From Octopus bimaculoides (lineage: Eukaryota), in the NCBI RefSeq assembly GCF_001194135.2, contig NC_068981.1, positions 38,078,263 to 38,142,262 on the forward strand: a stretch of 64,000 nucleotides of DNA, given 5' to 3'. Under the pieces are notes generated by a model. That model saw nothing but the letters and a program-made list of their open reading frames with translations. It was not told the DNA's origin and did no database searches. Position numbers and translations under genes: made by a program. Below are positions 12,093 to 22,537 of this stretch, one piece after another (positions within the stretch are counted from its first letter, which is position 1; the number at the start of each line of letters is the position of its first letter).

Positions 12093-12946
12093 AGCATCAT
12101 CATCATCATCATCATTTAACGTCCGCTTTCCATGCTAGCATGGGTTGGACGATTTGACTGAGGACTGGCAAACCAGATGGCTGCACCAGGCTCCAATCTG
12201 ATCTGTTAGAGTTTCTACAGCTGGATGCCCTTCCTAACGCCAGCCATTCTGAGAGTGTAGTAGGTGATTTTACGTGCCACCGGCACGAGGGCCAGTCAGG
12301 CGGTACTGGCAACAGCCATGCTCAAATGATGTTTTTTTACATGCCACCTGCACAGGAGTCAGTCCAGCGGCACTGGCAACGACNNNNNNNNNNTGATGTT
12401 TTTTTACATGCCACCTGCACAGGAGTCAGTCCAGCGGCACTGGCAACGACCTCACTCAAATGTTTTGTTCACGTGCCACCAGCACAAGTGCCAGTAAGGC
12501 GACGCTGGTGACGACCATGCTCAAATGGTGTTTTTTACGTGACACCGGCACGGAAGCCAGACAGCTGCTCTGGCAATGATCCCACTCAGATGGTGCTGTT
12601 AGTGCTCCACTGGTACGGGTGCCAGTCATCAAATTTGGTTCAATTTCGATTTCACTTGCCCCAACAAGTCTTCACACCAGTCATCAAATTTAGTTCGATT
12701 TCGAATTCGATTTCAATTTCACTTGCCTCAACAGGTCTTCACAAGCAGAGTTTAGTGTCCAAAGAAGGAAAGGTACGCATAAGTGGGCTGGCTACACCCC
12801 TGGTAAAGGCCACGAGTTATGGTCTCACTTGTCTTGCTGGGTCTTCTCATGCACAGCATATTTCCAAAGGTCTCGGTCACTAGTCATTGCCTCGGTGAGG
12901 CCTAATGTTCGAAGGTCATGCTTCATCACCTCATCCTAGGTCTTAA
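12093..12946 (-). mobile_element. 5'-truncated RTE LINE copy (ORF2 C-terminus, 3' UTR with internal tandem units, (GAT)n tail)
   Basis: Minus translation of 12827-12946: KT*DEVMKHDLRTLGLTEAMTSDRDLWKYAVHEKTQQDK*, homologous at DNA level to 51890-52010 of the long RTE. The UTR contains GGCGTTAGGAAGGGCATCC and ends GGACGTTAAATGATGATGATG. Confidence 0.9.
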
Positions 12947-13002
12947 TTGTATTTATCTCTATTACTAACTCCATATCAGCTCAATTTGAATTTCTCTTGT
13001 AG

Positions 13003-13114
13003 TCATTCCTGATGACATGGGCCTTGTTCTGGATGACGATTTCAGAGTTGAAATACTTTTGGTCACTCCTACATGTTTTCTATACTAAGCATACCCAGCT
13101 CTCACCTATTGTTT
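13003..13114 (+). other. Candidate exon, product unknown (3' end ambiguous)
   Basis: TACTAAC at 12963-12969 and tttctcttgtag| acceptor. The frame SFLMTWALFWMTISELKYFWSLLHVFYTKHTQLSPIV is open to a run of gtatgt donors inside a (GTAT)n tract; the alternative frame IPDDMGLVLDDDFRVEILL stops at 13084-86. Confidence 0.3.
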
Positions 13115-13661
13115 GTATGTATGTATGTATGTACGCATGTCTGTTAAGGTTTTGATTTATAATCATAACTACAGAACCTTAGTTTCTCAGCCAACATTTA
13201 TCTGTGAACTGGAATCAAGTAAATTCTAATTTCTAAAACTTTAATAATTCTATTATATTCAAAGCTATTCTTATAATTCTGCAAAAGTACAGATCTACTT
13301 AATTTGATTTGAGAATACATAATTTCACTGATGCAATTAAAAGATTAAAAGCAATTGCAATTTTAAGTATATGTGGTGTCCAGTCTAGTACTTATTACTA
13401 AGGTAATTGGATGGATATTGCAACACTATATAGAATGTACTGATTATTATTCATGTATACTACTAGTAAAACACAACTTGTTTTCTGATGACAAGTTCTT
13501 CTTCATAACATGGCATTTTCTTCTTGAGGCACATTAGCATATTAGTTTTTTGATCTTTATTGAAATTATTTTTACTGACGACTAGTAATTCTAAATTCTT
13601 CTAATACACACACACACACACACACACTAACTCATATGATGTTTGTTTCTTTATATTGCAG

Positions 13662-13701
13662 TGTCATCATTGATATTACTGATTTAGTTCCCCACTGTTT
13701 T
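13662..13701 (+). other. Candidate exon (40 nt), product unknown
   Basis: cACTAAC branch site at 13625-13631, gtttgtttctttatattgcag| acceptor, TTTG|gtaaga donor. Only one frame is open (VIIDITDLVPTVL). Best-formed splice signals in the window. Confidence 0.45.
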
Positions 13702-15349
13702 GGTAAGAACTGTTAGGTCATGATACAAATTCAAACTATACAGCATCAAACAATGTCTTATAATATAGACAACTCGTATTAAATATCATTAATCTTATAA
13801 ATATATCCTTTATCTACAAATTTCCATTCAATTTTATCATTACCGCTCTCTTCAAGATAGTCTGAAGCTAGTCTCAAATCTATGCACTCATAATGAAACT
13901 GCTGATTAATCTGCTACTTTGGCCTTTATCAATAGAAGCACAGAAGCTGGTTGTTTGCACTGATCAACTTCCTATAAACTGAAATGATTGAGTATCTGTT
14001 TTGTTCTCACATTCAGACAGCCGTGGAAATCATAGCTTGTAACTGAATAATTATAGAAAGAATAACTTGTGTTATGCATTTGCAACACAAGCAAAGCATC
14101 CGGAGAGCCAGGGCATCCCTAGTGTATAGAAATGCTTAAACAACAAGGACAAGAAGAATAAGAGCCTCCTTATCATTGTTACATTGTGGAAAGACTGATG
14201 GTGATTTATCTGTTTTGAAGTAAAGATCTAGTTATTACACAAATATCATTGTGTTTCAATGCCCTTCTGCTGTGATGCACATCAAACTTATGCCATTACA
14301 ATACATCATAAATTCCAAAAACAAATATCAGCAACAGAATATTAGGCTTCTTTTGTAATGGCACCAATTTCTAGCTGAGAAAAATTATATTTCCTAACAC
14401 TTGTCAAATCATTGTGGAGGTTATCAATATGACTCTGTGTAGTCTTGTTTTCTCTTCATTCATATATGTTAAATGAAGCCAAGCTGGAAATGTTCTTATC
14501 TGAATTCTGGCTATAATCAGCTTGGAAAAGGTTTTCCTTTGTGAAAAGAACTTTTCAATCTTGTGTTTTATCAAGTGGATAGACTCTGTTAATAGTAACT
14601 TCTTGTACATTATAGAAATCAAGCTGTGAAAAAAAAAAAATTGGGGGGAGAAATTTACAATGTCCACTGACACCTGAATATATATAATCAATCTTCTTGG
14701 TAATGTCAATTTAACTAATGTCAATTTAACTAATGCTAATTATCAGGTTGAATAGATTTACTCTGAGATATTTCGATAGACGTAGTATGCAAGGCCAGCT
14801 TACACAGATATTGATTTCATGAATAAACAAAAAGCCTCAAATTTAACACTAGCAGTCAGTCACTGATGTCATGTGATGTTCATGCCTTTCTCAAGAATAT
14901 TAGTGATAATAATTTTATCTATTTATTTTCATTGGTTTGCTCTAGAAGATGAGACCACACCAGGGCTTTCACAGGCCCTTCCACGACTAAATACTGATAT
15001 AAGATAACTATAACTTGAAATTGGAACCAGTTTGCAACAATAGCTTATTGGAGATTTGCATAAGATCTACCAAATAAATCATTGTTTTATGCATTCATGA
15101 AAAAAATAAGAAAGAACATTTCTGATCAATGTTAGATTAGAAGGAAATGAAGATGTTGTAAAAAGAAAAATACATTTATGGAGTATTTCTTGAATATTCT
15201 CGTTACATAATTTTCTTTTTTTGTATCTATTCAGACTAATCAGATGAAAGCTTTCTACCTTCATTGCATTCAGCCTATGTATCGAGGCTATGCTAGCTTT
15301 GGGTCAATCATTTTGACCCCAGTGCTTATTTAAGACTTGCATTTTTTTA

Positions 15350-15613
15350 TTGAATTATTTATCTATCTATCTATCCATCTCATTCTCTCACTTTTTCTGT
15401 CTCTCTCTTTCTCTCTCTCTCACTCTCTCTCTCTCTCTATATATATTTAAACACACACATACATGTGTATATATATATATATATATATACACATATATAT
15501 ATTCAGGTATGCATATAAAAATATATATATACACACAAACACACATATATACATGTATATATGTGTGTGTGTATGTATATATATATATGTATATATATGC
15601 ATATAAATGCATA

Positions 15614-15665
<52 letters not shown>

Positions 15666-16400
15666 NNNNNNNNNNNNNNNNNNNNNNNNNNNNNNNNNNN
15701 NNNNNNNNNNNNNNNNNNNNNNNNNNNNNNNNNNNNNNNNNNNNNNNNNNNNNNNNNNNNNNNNNNNNNNNNNNNNNNNNNNNNNNNNNNNNNNNNNNNN
15801 NNNNNNNNNNNNNNNNNNNNNNNNNNNNNNNNNNNNNNNNNNNNNNNNNNNNNNNNNNNNNNNNNNNNNNNNNNNNNNNNNNNNNNNNNNNNNNNNNNNN
15901 NNNNNNNNNNNNNNNNNNNNNNNNNNNNNNNNNNNNNNNNNNNNNNNNNNNNNNNNNNNNNNNNNNNNNNNNNNNNNNNNNNNNNNNNNNNNNNNNNNNN
16001 NNNNNNNNNNNNNNNNNNNNNNNNNNNNNNNNNNNNNNNNNNNNNNNNNNNNNNNNNNNNNNNNNNNNNNNNNNNNNNNNNNNNNNNNNNNNNNNNNNNN
16101 NNNNNNNNNNNNNNNNNNNNNNNNNNNNNNNNNNNNNNNNNNNNNNNNNNNNNNNNNNNNNNNNNNNNNNNNNNNNNNNNNNNNNNNNNNNNNNNNNNNN
16201 NNNNNNNNNNNNNNNNNNNNNNNNNNNNNNNNNNNNNNNNNNNNNNNNNNNNNNNNNNNNNNNNNNNNNNNNNNNNNNNNNNNNNNNNNNNNNNNNNNNN
16301 NNNNNNNNNNNNNNNNNNNATATATATATAGCGCTGCATGTACACTTGTCTCGTATATGTAAGTATATATATATAAGCATGTATATATGTGTATATACAT

Positions 16401-16444
<44 letters not shown>

Positions 16445-16540
16445 GTACATATATAGATGTATATGTACGCATGTATATATATAAGTGTATATATAAAGAT
16501 TTATATGTATATATATATACATATGTACATATGCATATAT
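15350..16540. repeat. Compound (CTAT)/(CT)/(TA)/(CA) microsatellite spanning a 654-N gap
   Basis: Dinucleotide tracts on both sides of the N-run at 15666-16319. The source of six spurious long ORFs. Confidence 0.95.
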
Positions 16541-16819
16541 CATTTGTGCTGGTAATTCAGCAAAAGCTGAATGCTCGGGCATCATCCTCAACAGCAGAGT
16601 CCATTATTGTAATTACGTAATTATTTTCAAGAAAGACTAACTTTCAGGATATGTCCTGACACCTTGACACCACTATCTTTATTTCTCTTTCCCCTTATCT
16701 CACCCACCCTTATATACTACACTTCCACTCAGTTGATGGGTATTTTCAGTCTTCTAAGTTATACAGTGGCTTCACTAGTTTCCAGTACCATGAAAAATAA
16801 AATGATCCAGTAGATTTTG

Positions 16820-17100
16820 TAAAGGGACTGGTATTAGGAAAGGCATCTAGCTGTAGAAAATATAGAAAATAGAGCTCAAATCAGTCATCTGACTCATTGA
16901 ATCTTGTGCGATCACCTAATTCATGCTCATAACATGGAAGATGGATGTTAAAGGATGATGATGCTGATGATGATGATAATGATGATGATGACAACAATGA
17001 CGATGACAATGATGATGACAACGATGACCATGACAACAGTGACGACAACAACAACAACGACGATGATGATGATAATGATGACAACAACAACAAAATAATG
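16820..17100 (+). mobile_element. Old RTE-type 3' tail with expanded (GAT)/(GAC)/(AAC) microsatellite
   Basis: ggtattaggaaaggcatctagctgtagaaa ... catggaagatggatgttaaaggatgatgatg matches the RTE 3' end seen at 38480-38638. Confidence 0.65.
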
Positions 17101-18429
17101 TTGCAAAGAAAGAAATAAATTTAATTTGAGCTGCTAAACTACTAATGTACTGGTCCATTTGTACTTTTACATTTTCTAATTTCACTCTTAAGTCTTACTA
17201 AGAAACAACCTTCAAAGGTTTCTATTGATTATACCAATGTAGATATTCATTTTAGAGTGGTAGATGTTTTATCAACCTTTGTCGAATGGCTAATTTACCA
17301 TTTGCTGTAAAGAGATGCAATTCCATGCACCATTTTCTATGTAGATATACACAAACACAAATACATGCCTACACACTTACACATATACTCACACACATAT
17401 AAAGGTATTAGCCAACCAAATCTACAGTAGAAGATACCCAAAGTATCATGCAAACTGATTGAACTCACTATTATGTGACCACAGGTCAACCTTCAATATT
17501 CTTAACCACACAACTGTGCCTGTATTGTAGTATCAAAAACAATGTTTACTCTTCACACTGTAATCTAAGATGAAAAATAAGTATCTCAGTAATTTATGAT
17601 GTAAATATTTAAAAGAGCATTCAGATGTTGAATAACACATTTATAAATTTGTATAATAGCCTCTAAAACAAACTCAGAATAGAAATGTAGTATAATAAAA
17701 CTAAGAGAAAGTCTTCTAAATGCTTTGAGAAAAGCTGTTATTTTAAATTAATGAGCATTGACAATAAGTAAAGCCATTTACAGTCACAACATATATCATG
17801 TATGTCCTTTCAGAGACATAATAATTAAGTATAGATTCTTATGTTTTAGTTATAAAGTGCATAGAGATGGAAAAATAGCAAAATATAAAAATATTAATGA
17901 ACGTTTACTAAGTAATGAAGTTAAGCAAAATGTCTTTAAACAAAATAAATAATTGAAGCTTTATCATCGATAATGGATCTACTTTAAGATATGTAATTAA
18001 GTAGAGTGAGGTATTAAGTTTGGAAATTAGAATAGGAAAAGTGCTACTAAAAAATAGAAAGAAAGCAAGGAATGTTATTATCTTAATTTGATAAATACAG
18101 AAAGATGGAGGATACCATGTGTTGCAGAGGCTGAAATACATCAAGAACTAGTTGCTTCTAAAAGGGAAAGCCACATGAAATTAAGAGAAATCTGTGATAT
18201 TGATAGAAAGAATCCTTTCAGGTAAATATAATTGACTTCACAATGTACTCTAGACTAAAATAACAAATTTGGTCTTGAGCTGTGTTGAAAATAGAAATGG
18301 GAAAAATAACAATTCTTATCGGTTTAGATGTGTTGTAAGAATTCAAAGAAACACCCTGCAAATGTAGTCTGGTAATGCAATATGCCCTTTGCAGTTATTT
18401 ATTAAATGATGTGTGTATATATGAGTCTT

Positions 18430-18431
<2 letters not shown>

Positions 18432-18468
<37 letters not shown>

Positions 18469-18720
18469 AAATGTTTGTGTCCACTTGTGTGTGTGTGTGT
18501 ATGTACAAGTGTATGTGTGTCAGTATTTGTGCAAGTATATCAATGTGTGTGTGTGTATATATATACACATATGTATGTATATATTCTCAAAGGTGTGTGC
18601 ATGTGTGTGTCACCGTGTTTGTTAGTATATGTGTGTGCACACAAATGTATGTGTCAGTGTGTGTACGTGTTTTAGTATGTATAAGTGCCAGTGTGTATAT
18701 ATGTATCAGTTAGAATGGGT
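18432..18720. repeat. Imperfect (TG)n/(TA)n microsatellite
   Basis: Visible directly; explains the V/C/Y-rich ORFs at 18375-18713. Confidence 0.9.
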
Positions 18721-19536
18721 GCCAGTGTATGTGTTTGCTAACAAATTGCAAGAAACATTATTTTATGTTGCAACAACTAAGATTATTATTCCGTTAAAAG
18801 CTTCATCTGAGAATAGATAAAATGTAATGAAATTTGTTAATCAATATCTTTCCACCAACTAAACTCATATGATTAGATTATATCTAATTCTCTTTTCAAT
18901 AAAGAGGAAACTTTATAATGTTGCTTAATCAACAAGTATCAACTGAAATAGTTTCATTTAACTTCGCAAATCATTCTTTATGGATTGCAGAGGATCATAT
19001 TGGAAATTGTAAAAGAATCAATACATCTTGACAAGCCATTAGTTTTAGGAACTGAAATTAAAATTCCACAGAAGAACAACAATAAATTAATTCTTAGATG
19101 AAGGTTGAATCATCAAGATATTAATTGCAAATTAAATACTATAAATGCTAAATACTGGAATGCAAAAAAAAAAAATCAGTAAAGAAATAAAATAATAATA
19201 AATATATTTTGTTTGCTTTATTCATCTGTTTTGTATTTTTATTTATTTTCTAAACTTTTTTCACAAAAGGAATCATAAATTGTATTCTGAGAAATAAAAA
19301 AATGACACAGAATTTTGAATGGTTGGAATTAAAAACAAGAGACATTCCAATGAAATTATATTTTATTAGCTTTTAATTTCGATATTTACGATGGCAAAAC
19401 AGGCAGAGGTCTGAATAGGATTCTTAACAATGTAGATGGGTGAATACATTGTGAATAACAATAAAATTTAAGTTAATAAATCGTAGTCTAATAGTAACTA
19501 TTACTAACTAACTAACTAACTAACTAATAATATATA

Positions 19537-20150
19537 TATTGAGTGGTCTTGACTGATGAAGCAACAGAAATTACTGAAACTGACGTCAGTATTGATAATT
19601 CTCAATCAGCACTTTTCAAACGATTATGCTCCCTATTAGTGTATATGTTTTCATTCATGTGCATTGACAACAGCGTTAGAGCAGTTTAACTCTTATTTCT
19701 AGAAATATAGGTGTTTCCTAACAACATAGTCACACTTAGTGACAATTATAATTCTCCTTTTTGGTGAAACATTGCAAACTGCTGTTTATATTAATTTTAT
19801 ATATACACATTAATGAATTGCTAAATCATTCAATAATTTGGATGATGAAAACATAAATACTAATGGCAAGAAAGTTCAGAAAGAGCTGAACAATTGAGAT
19901 GTCTTAACTGATGAGGCAATGAAAATTGCTGAAACAGATGTTAGTATTAAAATTTCTCAATCGGCACTTTTCAGATGATTATGGTCCCTGTTAGTGTATA
20001 TGTTTTCATTCATGTGCGTGAACAGCAGCATTAGAGCAGTTTAGCTCTTATTTCTAGCAATATAGGTGTTTCCTAACAGCCTAGTCATACTTAGTGACAA
20101 TAACAATTCTCCTTTAGATGAAACATTGCAAATGGCTGTTTATATTAATT
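19537..20150 (+). repeat. Diverged tandem duplication: two ~270 bp units, period ~355 bp
   Basis: Unit 1 (~19537-19805) and unit 2 (~19893-20150) share attgag..gtctt.actgatga.gcaa..gaaatt.ctgaaac...tctcaatc.gcacttttca...gaaacattgcaaa..gctgtttatattaatt, each ending in (TA)n. (TAAC)n lies upstream at 19503-19527. Confidence 0.85.
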
Positions 20151-20165
20151 ATATATATATATATA

Positions 20166-20579
20166 TATAAAAGATAATAAGAGTGAAAAAACTACAGAAG
20201 GCTTGTGTTACATGGTTAAAGTATATATTTAAATTATGTCAGAAAAATGTTAGAAAAATGTTAGAAAATCTTTTTGGTATATAAACATTGTATTTTGAGA
20301 AATAACCGGTTTCGTGTTGTCGTGTTCGTTCCANNNNNNNNNNNNNNNNNNNNNNNNNNNNNNNNNNNNNNNNNNNNNNNNNNGTCTGCGAGACTGGAAC
20401 GAACACGACACAAGGAAGTAGAGAAATTTGAAAAGACAACACGAAACCGGTTATTTCTCAAAATACAATGTTTATATACCAAAAAGATTTTCTAACATTT
20501 TTCTGACATAATTTAAATATATACTTTAACCATGTAACACAAGCCTTCTGTAGTTTTTTCACTCTTATTATCTTTTATA
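20166..20579. mobile_element. Long imperfect inverted repeat around a 50-N gap; probable Penelope-like element ends
   Basis: Arm 20166-20333 is the reverse complement of 20395-20579. The arms differ by an 11-nt tandem duplication (left) and a 28-nt deletion (left) that removes a hammerhead-like core present in the right arm. Confidence 0.6.
20421..20459 (+). ncRNA. Decayed minimal type I hammerhead ribozyme
   Basis: GAGAAAU uUGAAaA GACAACAC GAAA CCGG UU AUUUCUC: perfect 7-bp stem I, palindromic stem III (ACCGGU), GUU triplet. The core has two substitutions relative to CUGAAGA and stem II is vestigial. Confidence 0.5.
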
Positions 20580-21142
20580 CATCCAACCACGTGCTTTCAC
20601 ATACCAACTTTCTCACCTATATATATATATATATATATAGATATATATATATATACGTATACACACTTGCATTCATACATCCTTCAGTGTATATCATGGC
20701 TAAGTTATATAATCTGAACTGGGTTGAATAAGTTTTGTTGGTCTTCACTTCATGTGAGATACCAATGTGACCTTTTGATAGAGTTTAGTGAAAGGAAGCT
20801 TAATCATGAGTTCTTTTCATGGTTTTTCTCTTTTAATGTATAATGATGTACATGGATTTCTAAGTGTAGGCTGAGTTTCATGTCAGTAGCCTCCATAGTT
20901 AGAAAAATCACATGTGAAACTCTGATGAAATAATTTCTTATAAAACTTACCTGATCCCGATTGCATAATTTGGTTATAATCTTTACTGAAACACATGTAA
21001 AATGGCATAAATAATTTATCAACCAAATCACATTTGTCATTTTTCTATTGATCCATTGCTCCATCCATCCTACCATCCATTCATCTATCCATCCATCCAT
21101 CTATTCCTCCATCCATCCATGGATACATACATACATACATAC

Positions 21143-21500
21143 ATAAATACTGGGGCACTGGGATATGTAACACACTGCCTAAATACCAATCTTGAGAAAT
21201 TAGGCGTCTCAAAACCAGAAAGGAGAAAGCTGATTCAAAAACTACAAATCCAAGCCATCACTGGAACTGTAAAAATCTGCAAAACTTTCCAGAAGTTTAT
21301 CATTTAAGTATATATGAGCATATCTAGATATGCAAGTATATGCATGAGAAACAAAACATACAAATCTGCATGTATACATGCATATATACATACAAAAATA
21401 CCCTGTTGATGTTGTTGAAATTCCAATGAGGGATCTATGTTAGAAAGCAGTCCTTTTTCTATCAGCAATAAAGCTGAATAATGACATAAATACATATATA
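21143..21500 (+). mobile_element. 3' end of a restriction-like-endonuclease non-LTR retrotransposon (R2 superfamily; Dong/R4-like)
   Basis: TGALGYVTHCLNTNLEKLGVSKPERRKLIQKLQIQAITGTVKICKTFQKFII* (21149-21307) resembles the IGALG...LQ...GT..I C-terminus of RLE elements. A ~190 bp UTR follows; both junctions abut (TACA)-like repeats. Confidence 0.65.
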
Positions 21501-21503
21501 CAT

Positions 21504-21882
21504 GTTGGCACTCCGTCGCTTATGACTTCGAGGTTTCCAGTTGATCCGATCAATGGAACAGCCTGCTCGTGAAATTAACGAGCAAGTGGCTAAGTACTCC
21601 GCAGACATGTGTACCCTTAACATAGTTCTCGGGGATATTCAGCGTGACACAGTGTGACAAGGCTGACCCTTTGAATTACAGGTACAACAGAAACAGGAAG
21701 TTAAAGTGAGAGAAAGTTGTGGTGAAAGAGTACAGCAGGGTTTACCACTATCCCCTGCCAGAGCCTCGTGGAGCATTAGGTGTTTTCACTCAATAAACAT
21801 TCACAATGCCTGGTCTGGGAATCGAAACCGTGATCCTATGACCGTGAGTCCGCTGCCCTGATCACTGGGCCATTGTGCTTCC
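21504..21882 (-). mobile_element. Full-length tRNA-derived SINE, family D
   Basis: Minus strand begins GGAAGCACAATGGCCCAGTGATCAGGGCAGCGGACTC...GGTTTCGATTCCCAGACC (A and B boxes) and ends ...GGATCAACTGGAAACCTCGAAGTCATAAGCGACGGAGTGCCAAC. Resembles cephalopod tRNA-Arg/Ceph-type SINEs as I recall them (unverified). Confidence 0.85.
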
Positions 21883-21930
21883 ATAAATACATACTTACAT
21901 GCATATATGCATGTATATATAAGAAACTGT

Positions 21931-22200
21931 CACTCCATTTGTTATAACAATGAGGGCTCCAACTGACTCAATCAACAGAACAGCCTGCTTGTGAAACTAA
22001 TGTGCAAGTGGCTATACACTCTACAGACATGCATACCCTTAATGTAGTTGACACAGTCTTTGACAAGGCTGTCTCTTTGAAATTCAGGCACTACTCACTT
22101 TTGCTTGCTGAGTGGACTGGAGCAACATGAAATAAAATATATTGATCAGTGGTACAATCTGCCACTATCTGCTGACTATCTTAACCACTTAGTCATGCAT
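21931..22200 (-). mobile_element. Older SINE sharing the 3' module of family D but with a different 5' half
   Basis: 21935-22090 aligns with 21510-21685 (aacagcctgct.gtgaaa.taa.g.gcaagtggct...gacaaggctg.c.ctttgaa), then diverges into ttttgc..gctgagtggactggagcaacatgaaataaa...cttaaccacttagtcatgc. Confidence 0.6.
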
Positions 22201-22506
22201 CGTCAACAACACACACACACATCTCTATATATTATATATCTCTAGCGACCAGGTGTTCATGACTGAGGACAGGCAAACTGGCTCAAAACTGAATCGGTCA
22301 CATGATCCTGTTGTCTGTTGGTGGATGACTGGAATTCACTCTCCTGCTGGCAATATGTATATGTACAGGGTGCAATGCTACACATATAACCAGCTGGTGG
22401 AAGATCTGCCTGGGGTTAAACTAATAGTAACCATGAACAGCCATACTGATGTGGCAATTAACTTTACTTATATGTGTGTGTGTGTGTGTGTGTGTANNNN
22501 NNNNNN

Positions 22507-22537
<31 letters not shown>

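Noticed and set aside
15350-16620. Long ORFs of 250-400 aa here and at 38013-38467, 45793-47011, 50580-51794 and 63471-63775
   Set aside because: They are open only because N-gaps translate as X and the flanks are microsatellites or repeat UTRs.
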